This document shows, in pieces, positions 27,218-38,297 of a stretch of DNA of 64,000 bases. The stretch covers positions 129 through 64,128 of the forward strand of contig DAHXNZ010000008.1 of NCBI GenBank assembly GCA_027365105.1, read 5' to 3'. The stretch is from Thermoplasmata archaeon (GTDB lineage: Archaea > Thermoplasmatota > Thermoplasmata > Lutacidiplasmatales > UBA184). How positions within the stretch are numbered: position 1 is the first letter of the stretch; the number at the start of each line of letters is the position of its first letter. The notes beneath the pieces are model-generated. The model saw only the letters and a list, made by a program, of their open reading frames with translations. It made no database searches and was not told the DNA's origin. The position numbers and the translations under genes are program-made.

Positions 27218-28399
27218 CTACTCAAGTTCCCAGTACCACCGGACCTTGCGCGATCCGCTCTCCGCGATCCTCCGACGGACTTCGGCCTCGACGGTGGGGT
27301 CGCGGAGGAGTCGCCGGATCTCCTCCGAGGAACCCGACGGGGCTCGGCGGGAAAGGTCGAACGCCTCGAGGATCGGGCGCACCAGTTCGGGGGGATAGCT
27401 CCAGGCCTCCTCCCGCTTGCGGACCGCCGCCACCCGGTGGCCCTCCACGCGGTGTACCCCCAGCCGTTCCGCGGCCTGGTGGAGCTCCTGGGCCGTGCGC
27501 GAGAGCTCCTCGGAAAGCCGCTCCTCTTCCGCGCGCAGCGACGCGAACCGGTCCACCAGCCCTTCCAGCCGAGGCCGGTCGGCGGTCGGTACCGCCCGGA
27601 ACTCGGGGCACCGGCTTCGGAAGTCGCATCGGGAGCAGTGCCGCCCGGGGGTCGGTTCAAAGGCATCGCCCCGAATGCCGTCGCTGACCTCCCCGACCCG
27701 GATCGACAGCTCGTCGAGCGCCGACCGGGGCCGGGGCGGGGTCGTGAGCGGAGTCAACGAGCGCAGATGGAAGAGCGAAAGGGCCTCCACAGGGTCGGAG
27801 AAATTCTTCTCGACCAGGACCTGGTACAGGCTGAGCTGGTCGGAGGTCGAGGCGTCCCGGGCCGTCAGGTCCCGGGTCGTCTTGTAGTCCAGGACCACCA
27901 GACCCCCCCCTTCGGTCCGGTCGATGCGGTCGATGAAGCCGTGGATCGGGACCCCGTCCCATCGGGCCGTCAGGTGTTCTTCGATGGCGATCGGGCGAGG
28001 GGGATCCCGTTCGAGGGTCTCTCGATACCCGAGAAGGATCTCCCGGCCGAGCGCCCGGTAGCGGGCTTCCTCCTCCTTACTGGTGTACCCGTCCGCGGTC
28101 CAGTGCCGGTCGTATGCCGCAAGCAGTTCCGCTTCGCCCCACGGGGACCGGGGAGGATCGACGGAGCCCCGGGGGAACTCGTCGAGGGTCCGCTGGTGGG
28201 CGCCGTCGGACGAGCGTCGGCCGGCGGGGACGACGAACGGTTGGAGCAGCTCTTCCAGGACCGAGTGGACCGTACGACCGAAGCTGAAGTAGCCTCGAGG
28301 CGCCTCGGGGAGCCGATCGACGTACAGGAACTTCCAGCGGAGCGGACACTCCTCGTACGCCCGGATGGAGGAGTAGCTCAGCTGGGCGATGGCCACCAT
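27218..28399 (-). CDS. Cas4/RecB-like PD-(D/E)XK exonuclease with an Fe-S cluster (DUF83-like), stand-alone
   Basis: N-terminal YSSIRAYEECPLRWKF motif (first Cys), GFIDRID...VVLDYKT (D, ExK), QLSLYQVL (QxxxY) and C-terminal CSRCDFRSRCPE (three Cys). Confidence 0.75.
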   Translation of the reverse strand: MVAIAQLSYSSIRAYEECPLRWKFLYVDRLPEAPRGYFSFGRTVHSVLEELLQPFVVPAGRRSSDGAHQRTLDEFPRGSVDPPRSPWGEAELLAAYDRHWTADGYTSKEEEARYRALGREILLGYRETLERDPPRPIAIEEHLTARWDGVPIHGFIDRIDRTEGGGLVVLDYKTTRDLTARDASTSDQLSLYQVLVEKNFSDPVEALSLFHLRSLTPLTTPPRPRSALDELSIRVGEVSDGIRGDAFEPTPGRHCSRCDFRSRCPEFRAVPTADRPRLEGLVDRFASLRAEEERLSEELSRTAQELHQAAERLGVHRVEGHRVAAVRKREEAWSYPPELVRPILEAFDLSRRAPSGSSEEIRRLLRDPTVEAEVRRRIAESGSRKVRWYWELE

Positions 28400-28448
28400 G
28401 GAGGCGCATCGCCTCCATGGTTCATGTGGTTTCCGGCCCGGGACGGAC

Positions 28449-29546
28449 CTACGGTTCGGCCGGGGCGGCCGGGAGGTTGCCTTCGGCCGCGGCCGAGGCG
28501 GAGACCGGCGCGGCCCCCGGAGCTCGGGCCTGGGGGTTGGCCAGGTTCTTGGGGAGTCCCAGGAGGTCGAGGAGCTCCTTGTAGTGGTTGCGGATGGTGA
28601 CCGGGGTCACATTGGCGACCGCCGCGATCCGGTCTTGGCTCCGGGGTTCGCCCATGAGATTCGACGCGATGTAGATGATCGTCGCCAGAATCCCGTTGGG
28701 AAGGACCCCACTCGTCGAGTAGACCTGCTCCACCTGCTCGAGGAGGCTCAGGACCTTGGCCCGAACCTCCTTGGAGAGATTGAGGTCCTGAGTGAACCGC
28801 ACCAAGTAGTCCCGGGGCTCGACCGGCTTGAGACCGAGCTTGAGTTCGCGCGCCAGGAGGGTGTAGGCCCGGCCCACCTCGATCTTGGAGGCCTTGGAGT
28901 GGGCAATGATCTCCTTCATCGTCCGGGGCACGTGGCACTGCCGGCACGCCGCGTAGACGCTCGCCGCGACCAGCGCGACGATCTTCTTGCCCCGCGTCGC
29001 CTTGTGCTCCAAGGCTCGCCGATAGATGTAGGTCGCCGACTCCTTGACCTCCCGGGAAAGGCCGAGGACCCCCGCCAGCCGGTTCATCTCGCCGAGCGCC
29101 ACCACGAGGTTGCGCTGGTGGGTGCGAGCCGCCCGCAGGCGATGGTTGAGTTTCCGGAGGTGGTAAAACTTGAGCGAGGTGTTCCGCGAGAGGCTATTGC
29201 CCTGGAAATCGCGGGTGGGGACCCCGATCTCGCTGAAGAGCCCCTTGTCGGGCATCAGCGGTGAAATGACCGGGCCCCAGCCCCGGGCCTCCCGCCCGGT
29301 GTCCTCCTTCGAGCCGCGTTGACCGCGGTCGCTGACGAGGGCGCTCTGGTCGACGACCAGCCCACAGTCCGCGCAGACAATCTCCCCCCGGATCTCGTCG
29401 CGGATCAGGTGGGAGGAGCCGCAGTTCGGGCAGGCATCCGCCGAAGCCGGAGTCGGGGAGTCGGGAGACGGGGCCGCTCGGGGCGCCGTGCGCGCGACAT
29501 TCGTCCGATGTCCCGGACTTGTGGCCGGATGCGAGGTGGGCTTCAT
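28449..29546 (-). CDS. tfb: transcription initiation factor IIB (TFB)
   Basis: N-terminal zinc ribbon CPNCGS...CADCG, B-finger/linker and two cyclin folds. TATA TTATATATACA (29574-29584) with upstream GGAAA lies ~30 nt from the ATG, so leaderless. Confidence 0.95.
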   Translation of the reverse strand: MKPTSHPATSPGHRTNVARTAPRAAPSPDSPTPASADACPNCGSSHLIRDEIRGEIVCADCGLVVDQSALVSDRGQRGSKEDTGREARGWGPVISPLMPDKGLFSEIGVPTRDFQGNSLSRNTSLKFYHLRKLNHRLRAARTHQRNLVVALGEMNRLAGVLGLSREVKESATYIYRRALEHKATRGKKIVALVAASVYAACRQCHVPRTMKEIIAHSKASKIEVGRAYTLLARELKLGLKPVEPRDYLVRFTQDLNLSKEVRAKVLSLLEQVEQVYSTSGVLPNGILATIIYIASNLMGEPRSQDRIAAVANVTPVTIRNHYKELLDLLGLPKNLANPQARAPGAAPVSASAAAEGNLPAAPAEP

Positions 29547-29573
29547 GTTCGTAGCGTGAACTACCCGCCACGC

Positions 29574-29584
29574 TTATATATACA
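29574..29584 (-). promoter_or_regulatory. TFB promoter TATA box (TTATATATACA) with purine-rich BRE
   Basis: Minus strand reads GGAAATGTATATATAAGCG ending ~28 nt upstream of the tfb ATG (29546). Confidence 0.6.
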
Positions 29585-29733
29585 TTTCCAGGCCGTTGTA
29601 AGGGTTGTTCCTACAAAATATACACTGTGACCGGTTTTAGCACGGTCACCCGACGCAGCGGTCGGCTTCGGGGGGGTCCGGGCAGGCGGGGGGAGCCTTC
29701 CGGCGGCGACAAACCCTCCGCCCGCCGAGGGGC

Positions 29734-31008
29734 TCAGAGTGGGGTCAGCGTAAAGAGGCAGCCATGGCGGGCGTGCTGACGGGGGTCCGGGCTGGAGACG
29801 GTCCATCGACCGCCGACACGGCTCTCGAAGAGCGTGGCCAACAGGCGGGGGCAGAGCACCCGGCCGATCTCCGGCGAGTCTTTGGTGCAGGCAAAGCAGC
29901 CTCGGGTCCGGAGCGTCAGCGGCCGTTCCTTGACCAGCGTCACGGATGACCCGGGCGGGCCCCCCTGCCTCGCTGCCAGGGAGGCGACGACCTGAGCCGG
30001 CGTCGTTCCCTCCAGCTCCTGGGCCAGCTGGCGGCCCGCCTGCCGCGCCACCGTATCGATCCAGTCGGGCAGGTTGAGATGGATCTCTGGGAGGCCGGTG
30101 GTCTTGAGGCCCAGGAGCGCAACCTCCCGGAGCCGGACCAGGGTGGTGCTGTTCCTCCCCGGCCGAAGGATCAGCGGCACCGGTGACGGAGCCTCGATCT
30201 CCACCAGCCGTTCCTCGAACGGCATCGCCGTGATCCAGCGGCTCCGGTGGTACTCCAGGGCCTGCCGGACAAACTCCGGGGACGTCGACCAGATTCCGAT
30301 GAGGCCCTCGTCGGGCCGGCCCGCCGATGCGGTCCCGCCGATAAACAGCAACGCCCCCGCCCGGTCGACCACGATCGACGGCCGGGCGATCGGCCCGCCC
30401 GCATGCCGGACGGTCGCAATCGCTCCAAAGTGGCGCGCCTCCGGGAGGTTGGAGGCGAGGACTTCGGTCAGCACCCGGACCACGACACCGCGGTCGCGGG
30501 CCGACCGAATCGCCCGGGCGACCGCACCGTCCAGGAACCGGGAGAGTTCGGCCGCCCCAGCCGTCACCTGGATCTCCCGCGAGGCGGCCCCCATCCGTTG
30601 CGAGAGGAACCGGTCGATGGCCCGGGCCCCCTCCAAGATGCCGAACCGTCGGGGGTCGGCGGCGTTCGACTCGAGGCGCTGGTCCTGCCACTCCTGCATC
30701 ACCGGGACCTTCGCCGATTCGAGCCGGCTCAGCTTGTCCCGGGTCCTCTGGATCCAGCGTTCGAAGAGGGACTCCGGGGGTAGCGCGGCCCACCGCATCG
30801 GTCGTCCCCCGACCGCGGAGAGCAATCCCTCCGAGGTCAACTGCCGGATCAGGCGGTAGGCCTCGACCCGATGAAGCGCTGTCATTCGGGCAAGCTCGCT
30901 CGCGGTCTGGGGACCCTCCCGGCAGGCGGCCAGGTAGATCCGGGCGGCGGGCTCAGCGACCCCGTGTTCCACGAGAAGCTCGCGGAGCCCAGACCCCGGT
31001 CGGCCCAT
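29734..31008 (-). CDS. TrmB-family transcriptional regulator with a C-terminal Cys-containing sensory domain (possibly V4R-like)
   Basis: N-terminal winged HTH typical of TrmB (AARIYLAACREGPQTASELARMTALHRVEAYRLIRQL). C-terminal GCFACTKD...CP motif. TATA-like TTTTTTATTCC lies ~30 nt upstream. Confidence 0.65.
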   Translation of the reverse strand: MGRPGSGLRELLVEHGVAEPAARIYLAACREGPQTASELARMTALHRVEAYRLIRQLTSEGLLSAVGGRPMRWAALPPESLFERWIQRTRDKLSRLESAKVPVMQEWQDQRLESNAADPRRFGILEGARAIDRFLSQRMGAASREIQVTAGAAELSRFLDGAVARAIRSARDRGVVVRVLTEVLASNLPEARHFGAIATVRHAGGPIARPSIVVDRAGALLFIGGTASAGRPDEGLIGIWSTSPEFVRQALEYHRSRWITAMPFEERLVEIEAPSPVPLILRPGRNSTTLVRLREVALLGLKTTGLPEIHLNLPDWIDTVARQAGRQLAQELEGTTPAQVVASLAARQGGPPGSSVTLVKERPLTLRTRGCFACTKDSPEIGRVLCPRLLATLFESRVGGRWTVSSPDPRQHARHGCLFTLTPL

Positions 31009-31081
31009 ACCGATACCGAGGGAGAGATGGAATAAAAAACGGAGCTACGGCCGTGCGCTCCTCGCCCGTCGGGCCGGTCGG

Positions 31082-31738
31082 TTAGAGGGCCGCCTCGAAG
31101 TCTTCCATCGTCAGGGAAAACGGAACCTCGACGCCCGGGGACCGCGCCCGGAGTACCTCGCGGGTCAGGAGCCAGTACACCGCGGCCAGGGAGACCCGCC
31201 CCTTGTTGTTGGCCGGAATCACGAGGTCGACGTCCCGGGTCTCGTTGTTGACATCGCACAGGCCCACGACCGGGATGCCGATGGAGACCGCCTCGCTCAG
31301 CGCCTGCTGATCGGTCGCCGGGTCGGTGACCACCAGGACCTTCGGTTCGAAGTATTCCGCCAAGCTTGGGTTGGTGAGGCATCCCGGGACGAACCGGTCG
31401 GCGAAGGAGACGGCACCAATCTGCTTTGCGAAGATCCGGACCGGCTTTTGACCATACTGCCGCTGGGAGACGGTCAGGATCTTGTCGGCCGGGAACCGGG
31501 CCAGGAAAGCGGCCGCGAGCCGGATTCGCCGGTCGGTCTCCCGGATATCGAGGACATGAAGCCCGTCGAAGCGGACCTTGTGGACAAACCGTCGCATGCT
31601 GGCCGACTTTTGCTGGGTCCCGATATGGACCCCCGAGGTCAGATAGGTATCTTCGGGAATCAGGAGCTCGCCGGGAGCGATGTCCTGGCCGTCGCCGGCT
31701 TGGGTAGAACTGGACTGCATCATCTCGTCTTCGGACAT
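31082..31738 (-). CDS. rps2: 30S ribosomal protein S2 (uS2)
   Basis: uS2 pattern (YLTSGVHIGTQQK...ILTVSQRQYGQKPV...PVVGLCDVNNETRDVDLVIPANNKG). Start at MSEDEMMQ (31738), immediately after the enolase stop. Confidence 0.9.
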   Translation of the reverse strand: MSEDEMMQSSSTQAGDGQDIAPGELLIPEDTYLTSGVHIGTQQKSASMRRFVHKVRFDGLHVLDIRETDRRIRLAAAFLARFPADKILTVSQRQYGQKPVRIFAKQIGAVSFADRFVPGCLTNPSLAEYFEPKVLVVTDPATDQQALSEAVSIGIPVVGLCDVNNETRDVDLVIPANNKGRVSLAAVYWLLTREVLRARSPGVEVPFSLTMEDFEAAL

Positions 31739-31739
31739 G

Positions 31740-32957
31740 TTACCCCTGCGAGGTGCCGCGTGCCAGCCGCAGGAGTTCATTTAGCTTTGCCACCCGCTCC
31801 CCGCCGAGAACGCCGCACTTGAGCCCCCGCGAGCCGGCGGCGACCGCCACATGGGTGAGCCAGGCGTCGGGCACCTCGCCGGACCGGTGGGAGGTCACCG
31901 TCAGGATCTCCCGGGATCGGGCGAGATCGACGGTCTCGAAGGTATCGGTCAATGTCCCGACCTGGTTGACCTTCACCAGCACCGCATTCGTCGCCTCACG
32001 TCGGATCCCTTCGGCCAGCCGACCGGCGCGCGTCGCATAGAGGTCGTCCCCGACGATCAGCGCCCGATGGCCGACCGCCCGGGTGAGCCGGGCAAAAGAG
32101 GCCCAGTCATCCTGCTGGAACGGATCCTCGATGTAGCGAAGGTCGTACTTCTCGACCAGTTCCTGGAGAAAGGCGAACTGCCCGTCGGGGTCCAGGGTCC
32201 GGTGACGGTAATGGTAGGCTCCGCCCCGATAAAATTCGCTCGCCGCGAGATCGAGCCCGGGGTGGACCGGCACCTGGAGCGCCTCACGGGTCTCGGCGCA
32301 GGCCCGGGCCAGGAGCTCGACGGCCGCCTCGCTAGTCAAGGGGGCGACCCAGCCGCCCTCGTCCCCGCGCCCCAGCGCGAGGTCCGGGAACTGGGCCCTC
32401 AGGGCGGCTCCGATCCGACGGTGGACCTCCTCCACCGCGGCGATCGATTCGCTCGGGCTCCCGCCCTCCGCGAAGGCGATGAACTCCTGAATCTCGGGGC
32501 CGCCGGTCGCGTGGACCCCGCCGTTCATGCAGTTGCCGACAATGGCCGGGAAACGCCGGCCGTCGACCCCGGGCCGGGCGAGCAGCTTCCACAGCGGGAC
32601 CCCTTGCTCCCGAGCCGCGGCCCGGGCGGACGCGACCGAGACGGCGGTCGCGGTGTTGCCGCCGATGTGCGAGAAGTTCGGCGTTCCGTCCACTTCGTGG
32701 AGGACCCGGTCGATCCCGGCGGTGGTGGAGACCTCGAGCGACTGGAGGGCCGGGCGGACGTGCGCCTCGAACCTCTGGAGGGCGACCGGCACCCCACCCT
32801 CCGGGAACGCGAGCGCCTCGTGGCTGCTCGTGCTCGCCCCGCTCGGCGCGGCCGCCCGACCGACCGACCCGCCCGAGAGCTCGACCGTGGCCTCGACGGT
32901 CAATCGACCGCGGCTATCGTAAACCGGATCCAGACGGACCGACCGGATCGCACTCAT
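31740..32957 (-). CDS. eno: enolase (phosphopyruvate hydratase)
   Basis: Enolase active-site segments (SGASTSSHEA, IVGDDL, LVKVNQVGTLTDTFE, SHRSGE). Start at MSAIRSV (32957). Conserved archaeal eno-rps2 linkage. Confidence 0.9.
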   Translation of the reverse strand: MSAIRSVRLDPVYDSRGRLTVEATVELSGGSVGRAAAPSGASTSSHEALAFPEGGVPVALQRFEAHVRPALQSLEVSTTAGIDRVLHEVDGTPNFSHIGGNTATAVSVASARAAAREQGVPLWKLLARPGVDGRRFPAIVGNCMNGGVHATGGPEIQEFIAFAEGGSPSESIAAVEEVHRRIGAALRAQFPDLALGRGDEGGWVAPLTSEAAVELLARACAETREALQVPVHPGLDLAASEFYRGGAYHYRHRTLDPDGQFAFLQELVEKYDLRYIEDPFQQDDWASFARLTRAVGHRALIVGDDLYATRAGRLAEGIRREATNAVLVKVNQVGTLTDTFETVDLARSREILTVTSHRSGEVPDAWLTHVAVAAGSRGLKCGVLGGERVAKLNELLRLARGTSQG

Positions 32958-33373
32958 GGATGGGCCTCCACGAACTCGACCAGGACCCCGCCGTACGTCG
33001 CCGGGTGCGCAAATCCGACCCGGTGGCCCCCGGCCCCCGGGCGGCTGCGGGTGTCGACCAGCCGGCCCCCGGAGCGGGCGACTTCGGCCAGGGCGGCGTC
33101 CACATCGGGCACCGTGAAGGCGAGATGGTGCAGACCCTCGCCGCGCTGGTCCAAGAACCGCCCGACCGGAGAGTCCGGCTGGGTGGGTTCCAGAAGCTCG
33201 ATCCGGCTCTCGCCGACGCGGAGGAAGGCCACCCGGACCCGCTGGGTCGGGACCTCCTCGAGGGGGTTTGCCGGGGCCCCCAGCCATGGGGTCCAGCGGC
33301 CCAGCGCCTCCTCGATCTTGCGCACGGCAATCCCGACGTGGTCGATTCTTCCAATCGTTGCGGTTCCGTTCAT
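32954..33373 (-). CDS. mce: methylmalonyl-CoA epimerase (glyoxalase/VOC family)
   Basis: VOC-fold metal ligands (HVGIAV ... HHLAF ... E) at ~140 aa, immediately downstream of the mutase large subunit. The stop overlaps the eno start by 4 nt. Confidence 0.75.
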   Translation of the reverse strand: MNGTATIGRIDHVGIAVRKIEEALGRWTPWLGAPANPLEEVPTQRVRVAFLRVGESRIELLEPTQPDSPVGRFLDQRGEGLHHLAFTVPDVDAALAEVARSGGRLVDTRSRPGAGGHRVGFAHPATYGGVLVEFVEAHP

Positions 33374-33380
33374 AGGACCT

Positions 33381-35057
<1,677 letters not shown>

Positions 35058-35080
35058 TGCCCGAAGACGGGCGCGGCGTA

Positions 35081-36772
35081 TTAATGAGTTCCGGACGGGC
35101 GGACCAACGGCCAGAGCGCCGAGAGATCGGCCTCGAACCAGGCGACCGGCACCGGCACGCCCAGCGCCTCAAGCACCCGGGGGTGCAGTTCGCCGAGTTC
35201 GGCGACCTCGACACCGGCGACCCGGACCCGGGCCGATCGCCCCACAATGGCCGAGGAGTGGTCGAAGGGCTCCCGGACCGAACTCACGTCCAGGGCGTCC
35301 AGCAGACAGTCGGAAATCGCGGCGACATCGGAAAACCCGCGGCCCTCTTCGGCCCAGGCCAGCGCGGCGTGGTAGCGCGTCGAACCGGCCGCTCGGCCGG
35401 TTCCGGGGGGGTCCAGGATCGGCCCAATCTCGCTCCAGATCTGAGGGTAACCGTGGCGGGTGTTGCGCCGGAGGGTGCCCGCCATCGACAGAAGCAGCGA
35501 GGGTCGCGCGTAGGCGTATTCCCGCGAGACCGGATTCTCGATCCGGATGGCGGGGGGAGACCCGAGCGCCTCGACCGTATCGGCCGAAACGAGGACGGTG
35601 TTGCACAGCGGCGTCGCTCCGAGGCCGAGGAAGAGCGGAGCCCAGCGTCGCCGGAATCGGACCTCCTCGAGCCGTCCGCCCCGGGTCCGTGAAGGGAGGA
35701 TCCGGCCCTCTTCGGCCGTCAACCCCCGGGCGACCAGCACCTCTTCGGTCAGGTCCACCTCGCCCAGGAGGTCGGGGCGCCACGGGGGGACCTCAACCTC
35801 CCAGCCTCCCGGTACGGCGCGGGCCCCGAGCCGGGCGCGTCGGAGCCATTCCTCGACCTCCGGGGGAGAAAGTGCATAGCCCGTCCGCTCGGCCAACGCA
35901 CGGGATGTGAGGTGGATTCGAATCGGCACATCGCGAGCGGCTCCGGCCGATTCGGCTTCACGGGCGGGGTGGACCGAAACCGGAGACCACGACCATCCGC
36001 GGCCGGCGAACACCACCTCTAGGAGCCCGAGGATCTCCTGCGTGGTCCTTTCCGTCAGGCCCGTCGATTCGAGCAGGAGGTCGAGGTCCCCCGGCCGGGC
36101 CTCTCCGTAGCTGCCCGAGTTCAGGATCGGCGGGAGGCTCAGGAGGTGGCCCTCGGCATCCCTCAGGGTCAGGATACGGTCATCCACCCGGCCGTAGGCA
36201 CCGTACTTTTCGGCGAATGGATGCTGGGCGTAGAACTCCCGCGCCGTCCGGGCGGAGGTCTCACCGAGCGGGGTGAACCGGACTTGATCGATCGGCTCGA
36301 GGGCATAGCGGAGCGGGGAGCGAAGTTCCCGCAACGGGTACATTCCGAGGCTGGCCGCGCGACGATCCCGCCCCACGGTGGCGTGGAGGGTCTCCTGGAA
36401 CCGGATCGCCTCGGCCAGCAGGTCCGAGTCGAGGGGTCGGCCGTGCGGGGCGTGGACCCGGATCGCCGCGAGGGCCGGACGCAGGGGAGCGACCGACCGG
36501 TCGATCTGGACCGCGAACCGCTCAGCGTCCGGCCTCCGGGGCCACGGCGGCGGCCCTCGAGTCCGGTCAAGCGCCCCGGCCAGGGCAAGCGAAAGGCCCG
36601 TCTCGGTCAGGAGATCCAGTCGGTCCGGGGTGACGGAGATGGTCAGGTCGTCTCCGTGGATCCGTTCGAGCTCCGCCTTGGTCGGGAACAGCCACTCGGT
36701 CAGATTCGCTTCGGTCGCGGACGAGCCCAGGAGCCGCTCGAGTCGGCTCAGGGAAAGGTGCTCTTGCGGCAT
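35081..36772 (-). CDS. pheT: phenylalanine--tRNA ligase beta subunit (archaeal type)
   Basis: Archaeal PheT N-terminus (MPQEHLSLSRLERLLG...LTEWLFPTKAELE) with B3/4 and B5 domain pattern. Start taken at 36772; 1-nt overlap with the pheS stop. Confidence 0.85.
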   Translation of the reverse strand: MPQEHLSLSRLERLLGSSATEANLTEWLFPTKAELERIHGDDLTISVTPDRLDLLTETGLSLALAGALDRTRGPPPWPRRPDAERFAVQIDRSVAPLRPALAAIRVHAPHGRPLDSDLLAEAIRFQETLHATVGRDRRAASLGMYPLRELRSPLRYALEPIDQVRFTPLGETSARTAREFYAQHPFAEKYGAYGRVDDRILTLRDAEGHLLSLPPILNSGSYGEARPGDLDLLLESTGLTERTTQEILGLLEVVFAGRGWSWSPVSVHPAREAESAGAARDVPIRIHLTSRALAERTGYALSPPEVEEWLRRARLGARAVPGGWEVEVPPWRPDLLGEVDLTEEVLVARGLTAEEGRILPSRTRGGRLEEVRFRRRWAPLFLGLGATPLCNTVLVSADTVEALGSPPAIRIENPVSREYAYARPSLLLSMAGTLRRNTRHGYPQIWSEIGPILDPPGTGRAAGSTRYHAALAWAEEGRGFSDVAAISDCLLDALDVSSVREPFDHSSAIVGRSARVRVAGVEVAELGELHPRVLEALGVPVPVAWFEADLSALWPLVRPSGTH

Positions 36773-36773
36773 C

Positions 36774-38297
36774 CTACCGGTTCCCTCCACGGAGCCGGAG
36801 GTAGTCGTCGTCGTACAGTTCCCGGATGTCGTTGACCCCCAGCGCGACCATGGCGAGCCGGGCAATTCCGATGCCCCAGGCGGCCACCGGAACCTCGACG
36901 CCAAGCGGGGCGAGTACCTCGGGCCTCAGCAGCCCCCCCGGAAAGACCTCGATCCACCCGAGCAGGGGATGGCGGACGTACCCCTCGATGGACGGTTCGG
37001 TGAACGGGAAGTAGCTGGGCCGGAGTTTGAGCTCCCGTACTCCAATCGCTTCCGCGAGTTCACGGAACATTCCGACGACGTGTCGGATCGACACTCCTTC
37101 CTCCCCAAGAACTCCCTCACACTGGGTGAACTCGAGGTGATGGCGGGCGTCGACCTCCTCCCGGCGGAAATTCCGGTCGATGGAGAACATCCGGAACGGC
37201 GGTCGGGGTCCGTCGGCCAGGAACCGGGCCGACACCGCGGTCGTCTGGGATCGTAGGACCGGCCGCCGGGCGACGGCCGGATCATACCGGTCGCTCCAGC
37301 CCCGGCTCAGCGGCACGGCGAGGCCGGGGAGCGGGCGTCCTTCGTGGGCCGCCGCGACCCGAAGGAGCAGCGGCTCCGGTGGAGGGATCTCCGGCGCGCC
37401 TTCGACGGTCAGGGCGTCATGGATGGAACGGGCCGGGTGGTCCTGGGGCATGAAGAGCACGTCCGCATTCCAGAACTCGGTTTCGAGGAGCGGCCCCTCG
37501 GCCTGTTGGAAGCCGAGTCCCACCAGGATCTCCTCGAACTCCTCCAGCCAGGCCGCGTACGGGTGCGGCCGGGGAGAGAGGCGGTGCGGTGGGGGCGACC
37601 GAACGTCGTAGGGCCGGAAGCTGAGCTCCCGCCACCGTCCCCCGAGAAGCATCCCAGCCGTGACGGGCCCGACCTGAGAGTCGATGTCATCGAGCGGAAG
37701 GCGTCGCCCCGCCTCGGTGGCGGCCCACCGCTTCATCGTGTGGTGCTCGGTCTGGACCAGGCCCCGACGTTCCAGCTGGCGGAACGTCGCCTGATCGTCC
37801 ACGGGCTGAGCCCGATCGATCGCCTCCAGCACCGCTTCTTCGGGGAGTCGGGCGGGCAACGAACCCGAATCGACCTTGAGCCGAAGCGGGGTTGTTCCGT
37901 CCAGGTACCCCGCTCGACGGAGTCGCCCGATCGCGGCCGATCGCTCCTCCCCCGAGAACCCCGCCGCGGGCAGCGCCGAGATGGGGATCCCCGCGGACCC
38001 GGCGGCGTGGAGCAAGTCGAGCAGACGGCGCTCCGGCAGCCGGTCGACAAGGGCGGCCCGCCCCCGGGGGGTGAGGGAGGGCTCGGACCGGTGCAGCTCC
38101 TCCACCACGGCGAGCCGCTTTGACTTGAGCCGCTGGAGAGCGCCACGGATCTGGTCCGGAGAGAGCCCCGTCAACTCGGGGATGGCCCCCTCCTCGATCG
38201 GCATCGATCCGGCCGCCTGGAGGGCCCGGAGAACTGGACGCTCTGGGCCGGCGATGGTGAGGGCGGTCCCTTCAGGGTCGGAGGTCGGACCACTCAC
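36774..38297 (-). CDS. pheS: phenylalanine--tRNA ligase alpha subunit
   Basis: Class II aaRS motifs (FRMFSIDRNFRRE, motif 3 GWGIGIARLAMV) and N-terminal wHTH repeats. Start taken at GTG 38297, ~25 nt below the TATA-like AATAAATG (38321-38330); an alternative ATG is at 38204. Confidence 0.8.
   Translation of the reverse strand: MSGPTSDPEGTALTIAGPERPVLRALQAAGSMPIEEGAIPELTGLSPDQIRGALQRLKSKRLAVVEELHRSEPSLTPRGRAALVDRLPERRLLDLLHAAGSAGIPISALPAAGFSGEERSAAIGRLRRAGYLDGTTPLRLKVDSGSLPARLPEEAVLEAIDRAQPVDDQATFRQLERRGLVQTEHHTMKRWAATEAGRRLPLDDIDSQVGPVTAGMLLGGRWRELSFRPYDVRSPPPHRLSPRPHPYAAWLEEFEEILVGLGFQQAEGPLLETEFWNADVLFMPQDHPARSIHDALTVEGAPEIPPPEPLLLRVAAAHEGRPLPGLAVPLSRGWSDRYDPAVARRPVLRSQTTAVSARFLADGPRPPFRMFSIDRNFRREEVDARHHLEFTQCEGVLGEEGVSIRHVVGMFRELAEAIGVRELKLRPSYFPFTEPSIEGYVRHPLLGWIEVFPGGLLRPEVLAPLGVEVPVAAWGIGIARLAMVALGVNDIRELYDDDYLRLRGGNR

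Noticed and set aside
25144-27687. 847-aa plus-strand ORF
   Set aside because: It is antisense to the ABC ATPase, purP and the Cas4-like gene, all of which have clear motifs. The translation is low-complexity and Arg/Pro/Gly-rich.
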